Part shown: one piece after another, positions 12,901 to 24,200 of the stretch
Layout of the letters: the number at the start of each line of letters is the position of its first letter
Numbering within the stretch: position 1 is the stretch's first letter
Source of the DNA: Raillietiella orientalis
Lineage: Eukaryota
DNA length: 64,000 bases
Reading direction: 5' to 3'
Assembly (NCBI GenBank): GCA_036172245.1
Contig: JAYWIR010000004.1
Coordinates: 1,364,001 to 1,428,000, forward strand
The notes under the pieces: model-generated
Told to the model about the DNA's origin: nothing
Databases searched by the model: none
The model's input: only the letters and a program-made list of their open reading frames with translations
Position numbers and translations under genes: made by a program

Positions 12901-13540
12901 CGACTGACTGGCCTTCCCATAGTCTCTTGCACATCCCTTACAAAAGAACCTTGTAGCGTACCTGGGAGCCAACGAGGCTTCCTCTCTTTCCTTTGTCAAT
13001 GCCGCCACTGGAGCCTCTACCGACGAGAGGGGCACACGCCACTCTATTCGAACATGCCAGATTGGTGATCGAGGAGGCCTCACCTAGGACCAAGGGTCAT
13101 CCCACGATCCGGCTTGATGGATCCACAATCTCAAAGTACTCCAAGAGTGGCCGGCGGAGCAGCAGAAACTGAAGGGGAGTGCAGGATCTTCCGGGCAGAA
13201 GTGATCTGAAGGTTTCTTAGCTAATGTGTAGTTCAAGCACCCCTGCATCGACAGCTCACATCTTCCTAATCCTGAATCGCTCGCATGGACCTCCTCGTGC
13301 TCTTGCTTTTACTTGAGCGCGTGCTATTGCGGTCGCGTTGGGAAACCGCATTCAACAGCACTGCAGTCCACGGGAGATGCCAAAGGATGGAGAAATGTGA
13401 CCGTGCCAATCGCACGCTCAAATTCTAGTCTTCCAACTTTTTGCCTCGCTAAACCACCAGACTCCAGACATGGCCAGACTTCACGGGGTCCGGGTCATCG
13501 AGGCAGACAGCAGGGCCGAAAGCCCAAAGACCTGTAAAGA
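9950..13540 (-). mobile_element. Near full-length, pseudogenised Utopia/NeSL-like RLE non-LTR retrotransposon
   Basis: N-terminal zinc-finger remnant FFCKGCARDY (about 12930). RT motifs WKCTRTILVPK, SWRTISM, FTNASG..H, RRGVKQGCPLSSLLF, *ADDPV (decayed YADDL, about 11385), HEYLGRP, WQRIDAM. Knuckle CRR...ELLPHVTDH and RLE LDAACPFEN...AR...KY. Multiple stops and frameshifts. Confidence 0.88.
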
Positions 13541-14219
13541 AATTTCCAGCAATGCCGAAATGACAGTTGGAAATTATAGTTCTTAAACGTCGCTATTAAA
13601 AGAGATTGGGGCACCCTTAGTTCTCGCCTAGAGAATCTCGGAACTCGGCCACTGAGACATTCTCTCGTTCTACCATCTCCCTCTTATACAATCATTGTCA
13701 ACAACAGTACGAATACAATGTAATTCTCGATCCGTCACATCGGCTACCTGCAGCCTCAATCTCAGGAACATGCTTCTCTCGGCTTATCTTCTTCCCAGAA
13801 TTCACGATTTCGTTCCTGACCACCGCCACTTTGTTGAAGGTCGGTCCGCTCTTATTTCATGCCACTGCTCTCCCTTAGAGCGCGTTTTCATCCACGAAAT
13901 TTGCTTTTTTTGTTTCTTTTTTTTTTTTTTCATGTCTTGCTTCCTTGCTTTTTCACCATTTAAATTGTAGCCATCATTTTTCATACTTCGCCGTGCATCT
14001 CCTCACTTTCCTACCGTTTCCAACACGCAGTAAATGATGAACTCTTGTTCTCGGGATTAAAACTTCTTGGGATTTCAGCATTCGGGATTCTTCCGGCCGT
14101 GCGATCAATACCAGCCGAACCGGTTGTTCGTGGCTTCGTGGGGAGTGAAATTCGCAGTCAGACCTTCCCTTTTACACGCCATGAGTCCCTGAAGAAGGAA
14201 CATGGCCGGAATGGAATTT

Positions 14220-14325
14220 TCTTCCTCCTCCTCCTCCTTCTCTTCCTTCTCCTTTCCTCCTCCACGTTTTTCCCTTCCTCCTCTTCTTCCTCCTCCTTCT
14301 CCTCCTCCTCCTCATCATCATCATC
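14220..14325. repeat. Imperfect (CTC/CTT)n then (ATC)n microsatellite
   Basis: Directly visible low-complexity pyrimidine triplet tract. Confidence 0.9.
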
Positions 14326-14339
14326 GCTCTCTCCTTAAA

Positions 14340-17300
14340 GACGGCAGCAGATTAGAAAGAGGGCACAGAGCAAGCAGCGCAAGATCTTCCTATCCAAGAT
14401 TCTGAGAAGAGATGAGAAGCGAAGCGGTGGAGCTGCGGTTCCATCGGCAGTCTTGAAATCCTCGCGCTGAAAGCCGCCAGTTAGGTGATCCACATGTTCC
14501 CTCTCCTCCTGGCCCTTAACCGACCAGCGTCCCAATTCTCGCGTTTGGCTGGATCCGCTCCGGCCCCGCGCTCCTGGATCGAAACATCTTGCCATCCAGC
14601 ACTCGTCCACTCAACCAAAGACGAAGGAGCCATTCAGCGTGCCTTCAAGGTGCTCGCTCCACAGGTGTGGCCCTGCTGCGGGTCTTCGACTCGTCCCACG
14701 CTGCCGGCAGGCCCGGAGGTGCTCTCGGAGAGCTGCGCGAAGAGCCCTTCGCTCTGTCCTGGTGAGTCTCCAGACTCCTCTCGGCAAGGTGACCGCGAGC
14801 GACCGTTGGATGCACAGAGTCATTGCTGACGTCATCTTGGAACGCATGAGAGAGAAGGAAGTGCAGACGGACCGAGGAAGCGTCTCCGATACACCCAGGA
14901 GCGCTCGAAAGGCAGATCCGCTTCCCAAGCAGCTGATCCCTCCCTCTGCCTCCTCCTTCTGGTGAAGGAAACCGAAGCAGTTTCCAAGTGAAGTTGAATC
15001 CCTCTCCCTACTTCCCCCACCGTCGAGAGTTGATGACCACCCGCAACCACGGAGGGAGTTTTGGACCTCTTCCGATTTTCCCCTTGGGGAGTGGAAACCG
15101 GCCCGAAGTTTGCCGCGGGGGCGAGCCGAGGTCGAGGGAATTCCAGCAAGGCCGTTCCTCCCGTCCCGGTAGGCTTCGGCGGCAGGAGGGGGCATACGCC
15201 GGAAATCCCTTTCTAAGGTGCGAGTTCTCCAGTCCCATGAGCGCGCATGGGTCGGGCCCGTCTTCTGTTTCCTCCGTAGCTCCACCCTTGAGCTCCTCGC
15301 GGTTCCGGGAGCAAGGACCTCACCTGCAGGAAGACAGGCCCCTGAATTCCCCCTTCATCGAGGATGCCTCCCCCTCCTCCTGCGAGCGCGCTTTCTGAGA
15401 GGGGAGGAGGGAAATCCCCATCCATTCCGAAGTTTTTCCGACGGCTGGAGTTTGGGAGCCAACGAGAGTTCCCAGTCTTCCAATCAAGGGGAGGAGGGAC
15501 TCTCGATCCCGCGGCCAGTTCCTTGACTTCGGGCTGCAACAGAGGAACTGAAACCCGCACTGGAACAGAGGCCCTCCCAGGATGGTTGCTGCGGGCGTGT
15601 CAGGAAGCAAGCTGCAACGGGAACGACGCACGGGGAGCACAGGCGAAGCAGGAGAAAAGGGTTATCCAGAGTTCACGGCAGAACGTTGGGATCAGAACGG
15701 AGGAATTTCCTGCTCTTCGTATCCTGGATACCACGACGATTTCCTTTTCACCCTTCCTTCTCTCCTTCCATGTCGCCGTCCAGCAGGGCTCAAAGGGAAC
15801 TGCCGTTCACCATCGCTTGTCTTGCTGCAGATCCTGCTTCCTCATCATCATCAACATTCTCATCATCATCGCTCATCTTCCCCTTTTTATCTACTCAACC
15901 CCACTGATCCTCCTGGGAGCGCCGGTCGCGCCCGACTTTCTCTGCACTGACGGATGCCCCTGGAGAGCAGGGGATCCCGGGAAAGCTCCACACCTTTTGG
16001 GTCGGGGCGTTCCGATTGGCTCCTCCCGCCACCCCACCCCGTCGTGCCCAAGGAGAGCGGTGCTCACGACCGGCTTTGTGTAGGCGGCAGGGTAGCCCAC
16101 GGGCGACCGGAAGAGAAAGGGGCTCCGACGAAAGATTCTTCTTCACTCCTTTCCTTCCGACCATATGCGTCTCTCCTGCCTTGTTGCCAGATCAAGAAGC
16201 GAAGTCGCCATGCGACCGTGCGCATCCCGCCCTGATTTCCCTTCCTCCTCCTCTTTCTGCCTTCCTTGGAGCGGACGAGGAGTGCAGTCCATCGGAGAGG
16301 GAGCAACCGCGTCATCCCCGCGGAGATCACATGGTCCCCTTCCCAGCGCTTCCGGAGAGCATTACGGGAAGAGGAGGAAGCGCTTCCCGGGAAGAAGCTC
16401 AAGCAGACTTTCTGGTGGGAAAGAGGCAGCTCAGCTCCCTCTTTCCCACCAGAAAGTCGTCACGCACTCCTCCTTTTGTCTCCAGCAGTGCAGGAAGCTG
16501 CAGGAGGAGGCATGCTAAGAGCGCATACGCGGATTCAGCCAGAAGATGGTCGCTGACCTCGCCGAGCTCCGCTTTTTGATCCCTCGCCTTTCGGACGATG
16601 TCTCTCTCTTCGCAGCCTTGAGAGTGGCAGAGGCCGCTTTCACCTTCGTCCGGCTGTAGGGAAGCACGGCCACAGGTCAGAGCAAGGGGATCTCCTCCCC
16701 GAGTTAGCAGTCGACGGAGCTGCCATCAGGGCTTGCGGTTCTGCTGGAGAGGAGTAGTAGCCGCGAACGCGCTACCGCCACTGCGTGACCTGCGCTCCCC
16801 ACTCACGGATTTTTCTCTCTCTCTCCTCCCTTCTTTTCCCTCCTTCCTCCCCTTTCCTCTTCCTCCTTCCTCCTCCTACTCCTACTCATCGTTCTTTCCT
16901 CCAGACGCTCGACTTTTGCGTCCCGGATACGCTGGCTTTGAGGAAGGAAAGGGTGTGACCGGGAGATCCTGCATTCCTGATGTGAGAGGATTGACTTCCT
17001 CTGCAGCCAAGCCTCCCGGCGGAAGTTTTCTGCCGGGAAACAACCCCATCTCAGGCCGCAGGCGCCTTCTTCGTGCGCTGACGTCATTTCAGACGCGCGC
17101 GTTCGCGCCCTGGAGCGGTTCCGCCGCTGCCTCTGCCTCCACCCGGCTTGGCCGCAGCACCGCCTAAGGGAAAGGCGGCCTTCCGGAAAATTCCGGAAGG
17201 GAAGCTTCGTAGGAGGAGACTTTCTGCCCGGCCGCTCCCAACAAAAGGGCAGCCGTCCTCCTCCTCCCCATCAGCATCCCTGACTTATCAGCTTCCTTGG

Positions 17301-17470
17301 ATCATCTCAGCGCCGATGAACCTCTCTCCCGCGTCAACCGGACCGAGCACGAGAGGTTTGTCGCTCCGGGAGGAGGACCAAAAACGAGAAGGGGGAAGGC
17401 GTTGGTTTCTGGAGGCGGACCAGGAGTGCCACCAGGGACGAGAGCCTCTCAAGAGGAAAGGCGGCTTCGC
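14340..17470. mobile_element. GC-rich LINE-derived relics (probable ORF2 C-terminus on + at about 14340-14970, ORF1-like on - thereafter)
   Basis: Same GC-rich, ORF-dense composition as the other copies, with weak similarity near 15500-15540 to 57110-57150. No diagnostic motif recovered. Confidence 0.35.
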
Positions 17471-17491
17471 ACAGCATTCCAGCAGGACAGC

Positions 17492-20400
17492 AGGACGATG
17501 GAAATCCTTGGGTTCTTCTTTTTCTCCTGTCTTCGCTGTTTTCCTTCCAGCTTTTTTTTTTTTTTTTGAGTTTTTTTTTTTGGTTCGTTTAGTACCTCAG
17601 AGCCGGTCGCGTGCCTCGCGGCGCACGTGGCTCTTTTAAACACACTACTTTGTTTCCACGTCTCTCCTCTGTGACAACCCCGCAGGGGGGCGTGTAATTC
17701 TTCAGGATAGGGGCACCCCGGGATGGGGGTCCGCCCTATGAATCCAGGAAGGGCTCGGAGTCCGTTCCTCTCTAGCTTGGGGAGGGATCCCCCTAGGACG
17801 GGGGGATCGCACCTCCCACCTTGGTTGTCTCCGAAGGGGAATCCCGAAGGGAATCTCCTTCCTTATTCTCTCCGGGGGGACACCCCGGAAGGGGGGTGGT
17901 CCTCTCCGTTTCAACTTCTCCGAAGAGAACCCGGAAAGGATCCGCTAGTAGGAATTTCTTCTCCGCAGGGAACCGCTCCTTTTTACTCCTCTGAAGAGAA
18001 CCCCGAAGGGACTCGCGACACAGCCGGCAGGGTTTCTCGGGCGATGCGATTCTCCAGGTGCGGGGAGGGCGCCAAGTCGTGGGGTGCACGCGAAGGGGAC
18101 TCGGAGCTGCCAGGAGGAAGTGGCTCCGCGGGGTCGGAGGCAGTTCGGTTCCTGGAGGAGAGGTCTCCCGGCAAGTCTCCTCATCCCCTTTCTCCGGGAG
18201 ACGACAGCGCCTGGCTTGTTTTGGTTTTCCTCGCCCTCTCCGATCCGCCCCGCCGTCAGGGGTCACTGCGTGAGCGGCGGGAAGCCTCCGCGGGAGGCCT
18301 GAACGCCGTCAGAATGGAGGGAAAGGCGGAGGGAGCGGAACGACCCAGCGTGACCCCCATTCGCCCCCTCCTCCCTTCCTTCCCTCGAGCGGATGCCGGC
18401 GTCTGCCATCCAGAACGACTCAGGCGAGCCCGGCCGTATTGGAGAAGCGGCTCCACGGATCCGGGTTGACCCTCTTCCCTCTCCCCACCCCCTCCACCCT
18501 TGGAGACCTTGCAGGCTACTATGCCAGAGACATCGTAAGTGGCCAAGCCAGGGAACGGTCGACCCCTCACCTCCAAGGGGGAAAACGGTCCAGGAGGGAG
18601 ATGATGACCAGCTCCTCTGAGTCGTCTCCCTCTGATCTGTGAGCCCGCCTGGAGCGCGAGAGGCTCACGGACACCACCCTCCGAGAAGCACCCTACAAGA
18701 ACAAGGACTTTCTCGGAAGGTGCCGCTGCTGACAAAAAGTGGGACCCGGGGGCCCCATCCTCTCCCAAAGTGAGCCTCAGTCTCACCTTCCCTTTTGCCC
18801 CTCATCGCAACAGCGAGCGTCGAGGCGAAGGACGGACGACCCGCGCCCGCCTCAGAGAACGCTGCCACTGCAAGGCAGACTTCGCAGCATCCCCTCCCTC
18901 TCTTCCTCTGGGATTTGTAGAGCATCCGGATGGAGGGCCCCTTCGGCGGGACATCTCGATGAGACCCCCGTGTCTTGAGCACCTCTTTTCTCTGCGCTGC
19001 AACGGAACGGAGGCGCGGATGCTGCTCTCCTTCGTTGCCGGGAGGTACAGCATCCGCGGCCGGCCTCAGCGTGCAACTTCGTTGCAGGAATGAGGGCTGA
19101 ATTCCTCTCCATCCCCAACTATCTATCCCGCGCCTTCCTCTTGGAATTTTTAAGATGGAAGGGTCAAGACGCGACCCGTTCTTCCCGAAATCCTGCGCCC
19201 CTCTTTCTCCGCTCCTTTTCTGTTTTCGGACACATCACGATCTGAGGACCAGACCTTACCTCTCCCGTTCCCTTTTTCCTTTTCAGATGGGGGAAAAATC
19301 CGCGCCATGGCAGCTTCTTGCGTTTTCTTGGAAACACGGAAATAGGATTCCAGCTGCCCGACTCCCTCCAGAGCTCTCGACCTTCAGCTAGTTTCCAGTC
19401 GCACGTCGTCGGGCACTTGGTTCAGCTCGCAGATTCCGAACCGGTCTCGGTCCCCCTCATCCCCTTCCCACCTACTGGAAGCCTCGTGCCAAGGCGGGAA
19501 CGCGTCCCAGAGGGTGTCTCGGAGACCCCCTGGGGCCGAAGACCTGCGCTAAGGCCCCGAAAACTCGTCCTTCTAGAGGGGGCAGCGCTCTTTCCGAACG
19601 GCTGGCCTCCTCACCCCCGCAAGCCACAGGCACCCGTGTCCGGCAGCCAGGCAGCGTCCCTGCCGTGCTCCCTGCTGGTCGGTCTAGAGGGGAGGATGTC
19701 CCGGGCTCACGGAGGGCTCCAGAGGACGGGGGTGGGGGTGGGGACTCGTCACTGTAGGGACCGCATTGAAGCGCGGTGGCTACCTCTGCACGCGAGCAGG
19801 CGCCAGCAACCTGAAGCACGTGGTCCTTCGCGCGGGATACGCGGGAAAAGGTTTCCCCGAGGCGGCTCGTGATTTCACTGTCCCGGAGCATCCTCCCTGG
19901 CGTGGTCCTCACTCCCTGTGCATCCCTCGATAGAAGAGGCTGAGTCGCAGCCTGAGGGTGGACCGCCTCCCGGACTCGCGGACAAAAGAAAGGGAAAAAG
20001 AAACGGGGACGCCATCCGGAGGACCAGAGGGAAGCTGGAGAGGGATGCCGACCACCGCGACGGGCTTCTCTCACGGGACAGCAGCCTCTTTTGGCGACAG
20101 CGGCATCTGACTTTTCGGCGAATCTTTGCGTGTCAGCCGACGAGGAAGGAACTGACCCTTTCGGACTGCTTCGAGGTGAGCAGGGAGGTCATTTTCGTTG
20201 CGACAGGCTCTTGCAAAGTCGTGGGCAGAGACCACGGAACCTTCCCGCTGCCAACTCTGTGCCTTTTATTTCTTTCTTGCCTTCTTTCGTTCCTCTGAGG
20301 AGAGAACGTAGCCCTGCTCTGCCAGCCAGGTGGAGATGGGAGTTTTTTCCTGGACCATCGAGGGAAAGACGAAACTCCTAGGCGGCCAGAAGACGCTCGA

Positions 20401-21260
20401 GTTGTTGGATGCTGCCGCTCCGCGCGCCTGCCCTGGCGAGGGGCCTACTTCGGTGGAGTCAACTCCTGGGTGCTGCCTCCGAGTAACCTGTGGTTCCTTC
20501 CTCAACGTTTGAACTTCCGTGTTCCCTGAGACGTGGAAACAGGAGATGCTGCTCTTCCTGCACTGAGGACTGCACCCTCGTCTCCAGAATGGGAGGGGTG
20601 GGGGCGATGGGCTGCGTCCCCGAACTGTTGTGCCAGTTGCGCGCATCGGTGGGGCCATCCCCGCACCTGCTCTTGGACCGCGGCACCCTCCAGGAACTGT
20701 GGCGGAGACTGGCACCAGCGCTCCTTTGCCAGGAGGACACCGCCCGCGACCTGCTGCGAGGATTCTTCGCGCCAGGAGGACTTTCGACAGGCACAGTGAT
20801 CGCAACCACCGCAGGGCCGTCGTCAAGGCCCTCCACGTGCTGGAGACGAAAATCGCAGCGCAGGGTGGTCACCGGGATGGCAGCCACCCACATGAGGGCG
20901 GCGGCAAGGTGACCTCACTTCGAAGAAGTGAAGGCGGAGATCGCCAGCATCCAGCGCCGGTTTCGAAGTGACATCGGTGACCTTTGTACCCAGCCTCCCT
21001 TTATTTGTTTATTTTTCCCAACTCCCTTTCGCTCCTTACCTTTCCCGGTTTTTCTATATTCATCCCGGTGTACACGGAGCGAACCCAAGACCCTGACCCC
21101 ACCCTTACGGATTTCCTCGTTGTTTCTGCTGTCCCCCCTCCCCTCTCCGTTCCAGACTTTTCGATATTCCAACCCGCGTGGCGGTGGACCCTCCTCCTGA
21201 ACTTCTTTTGACTTCGATCGGGAAGTGGTGTGTTCCGGGCTGGTTTATTTTGATAGAATG
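17492..21260 (+). mobile_element. Internally deleted, decayed L1/Tx1-like LINE with intact 5' module
   Basis: 5' module (17492-17640) and the following about 370 nt match 52925-53372 and, inverted, 1080-1533. C-terminal knuckle remnant LCQLRASVGPSPHLLLDRGTLQELWRRLA (about 20628-20715), then a pyrimidine-rich putative 3' UTR. Confidence 0.7.
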
Positions 21261-24200
21261 AACGTCCCGGGGTGACTGCGCGAAAAACGTGGCGATCACC
21301 GTGGCAAGCGACCCGCCCCCATCGCGACCGAGAAGCTGCCGACAGAAGATCGCTGCAGCCAGAGACACGAGAGCTCCGGGGCTCGCACTTCCTGCGCGGG
21401 AATCCGGGAAGAGCGAGATCGACCGCCGGCCGAGTTAACCCACACCCTTGTCTTCCAGAGGGCCGCAGCTCCCATGGATGGGTGGATGACGGAACGCGCC
21501 GCAGAAAATATTCACACTCCGTGAGTTACCGGCGGTAACTACGTCTCTTGTTCCGGGAGAGGCTCGACGAAACGAACGGCTCGAAAGGAGTTCACAGCTA
21601 CCACCGTCACAGCTCACAGGAGTTTCCAGTTGGCGGGTCAGTTTGCAGCTGCCAAGGCCATTCGCAATATTTTGCAATTGAAAAGCGGCATTTTTTTTTC
21701 TTTTTTTGCGTTTTGGACCTCAGCAACGTAGCGATTTTCATCAGCAGCTGCGAAACCGCGCTCAGATACTGAAACGACGAAGAGCTACAGACAAGATTTC
21801 CGAGTCAGGGTTGGCAATTATCATCGATCATGACTTTCGAAAATGATTCCGAAGCCGTTTACACGGGAGAACACTCACCTCCTGATAGCGTAGGACAAAG
21901 CACGATGCCATTCAAAACATTACCTTTGAGGATTCACGTGTCAAGGTCACCGACTCTCAGCATCAGTCGTGTTCTTGGGGAAGTCAGGAAGCACAGCACG
22001 TTGCAGGGAACCAAATTCGCTTAATGTACTAGGAGGGTTCTTCTTCTCTTTAAAGCATCGTCATCCTCGTTTTCAGCGCGAAAAGCCTCGTCAGATCCGC
22101 GAGCCAGCATCAGCACCCCTCTTCACTCTGTCCCTCGAAACAGGCGAGGTCTCCAAAGATAATTTTTATCAGTGTGTGGCATTCCTATGAAGATACTTTT
22201 TCTTCTGAACTTGGCATTTGGGAATGCGCTTCAAAAAAGATTTCATGGCGGACTTCATCAGATGGTGATGTGCACATCTGATGTTTTTCGTACGCGTTGA
22301 AATACCTGCTTGCAGCCGTAACGCGTGTTGATGCGATCACACAAAGAAAAGAAAAAAAAATTTTTTTTTTTTTCTCCCACCCCTGACGACGGAGAAACAA
22401 ATTTCGGAGACTGCGAGCTCCGAAATTCTCGCTGTACCACGTTCTGAATGTGCATTTGCCATATCTTGTTTTCTTTGGTAAACACCCCGCAATCTTCAAA
22501 TGTTAGAATCGTATCACTCGGCACCCCTGATTACAGTATTACTCCTCGGCGAATTGCGTAATTCCAATGGTGACTCGACGAGCGTGTGTACGCGCGTCGG
22601 TTTCCGTGTTCCCCCCCCCCCTTTTGCCCCCTTCTGTCTGGAACCGATCGCTCCTGTGGCTGTTTTCCGTTGACGGGAAATCTCTCTATGAAAACCGGGA
22701 TTCGTGCGTTCCCCTTCCGTTTCGCATTCACCCACCTCGCGGGTAAACGTTCCCGATTTGCCTGGGGTAGGGGAAAGGATCACCCCCGTAGCGGATCAGT
22801 GTTTGATTTTGTCGCATTCGTATCGAAATGATTTCTACGGACGGAAAAAAAAATTGCATTTTCGCATGCGAGACCCACTCAAAAAAATTCGTGTACGCGA
22901 GCGTATGCATGTGGACACGTAGCTGTGCACATAAGTATTTAAATAACTTTTGCGTGTGTGTGTGTATTTGTGCATTTCCCTACACGCGGAGCTGCTTTGA
23001 GTGTTTCGGATGTAAAATTTCCCGAGGACGGCATCCACTCTGCAACCTTCCCACGCGGTGATGCTTCAAATTATTCATCCCGTGCCCACCCGGGAATGAA
23101 GCGTCCCTAAAGATACTTCGGGGAATGCGAACGGCGGAGAGCAACACGAGCCGGGCGAGCCAGAAGAATTCGACTAAATCTTCCTCCCGGGCGAGCAAAC
23201 TGTGTCATTAACAGTAAAATCCGCAGCTCGGTTTAATAAACAAGGGAAGTAATTCGGCTGTCTCCGGTAGGTCGCAGGGTGGGCGTAAAAGTGAGTGATC
23301 TTTCGGGCTTGCTGGTGGTAACAAAAGCTTCTCGTGTGGATGCGGAATCTCGTGGTGAAATGCGGCTGCAAGAAGGCGGAAAGCGTGCTGTTTCTGGCTG
23401 GAAGTGGTAGCAAATGCAGGTTTTTTTTTTGTTTTTTTTTCCCACCCACCCCCCATTTCTTCACCCCTCACCTATCCCCCACACCCCCATTTCATATCTG
23501 GTTTGGGAGCCGAGTTTAAAATTTGCCCTCTCACTTTACGGCGATATAAGTTTGGGGAGGGAGGGCGGAGGGAGATGGGGCGGCTGATCTGCTTGAGGTT
23601 ATTCGTTGTTGGGTTCAAATGTGTGCTGCATTGGATCTCGGAATACCATTTGTGCTGCTTTTCACTTTCCGTTCTAGCAGAGGTAAAAATCCATTCCCAC
23701 GTTAATACCTATTATTTGGCTTAGTTTGTGCGAAGCGTAGTGGACCGAAAATTGGGGGGGGGGGGGAAATGTCGTGGGTTTTCCTTTCTTTGTGCGGATG
23801 TTGGGGTGCGCGCAGCAAATCACCCGGTGCGATCTCGCGTTCCAGCGAGGCGGGGAGGATTTCTCGGAATTGCTCATAGCGTGTGCTAAGCGACCTGGAG
23901 CGTCGCGATGACCGACCGCATCAAAGTCTCAGGTTAAGCAGGGAGACCATGAAAAAAAAGCCGAAAGAAAAATCCAAGCGGCGATTCCCTGACGTTTGAT
24001 TCTTCCCGACGAGTGTTGTTTGAGCCAAAAATTTGAAGGGAAAGACGCGCAGGGCGCGTAGGGGAAGAGTGTTCGTTTCGTGGCTTCAAGCGATGGGAAG
24101 GTATTCGTAGGCAAATAGTGGATGGGAATTTACAACCACGGAAGAAACGTCGCAGTGCGCGTGTAAATAGGGAAGTTGGTAGTGCCGCGATATCCAATCG

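Noticed and set aside
21806..22529. Possible hAT-type termini CAGGGTTGGCA ... CGGCACCCCTG
   Set aside because: The TIR is imperfect and the 8-bp flanks (TTCCGAGT vs ATTACAGT) do not form a target-site duplication.
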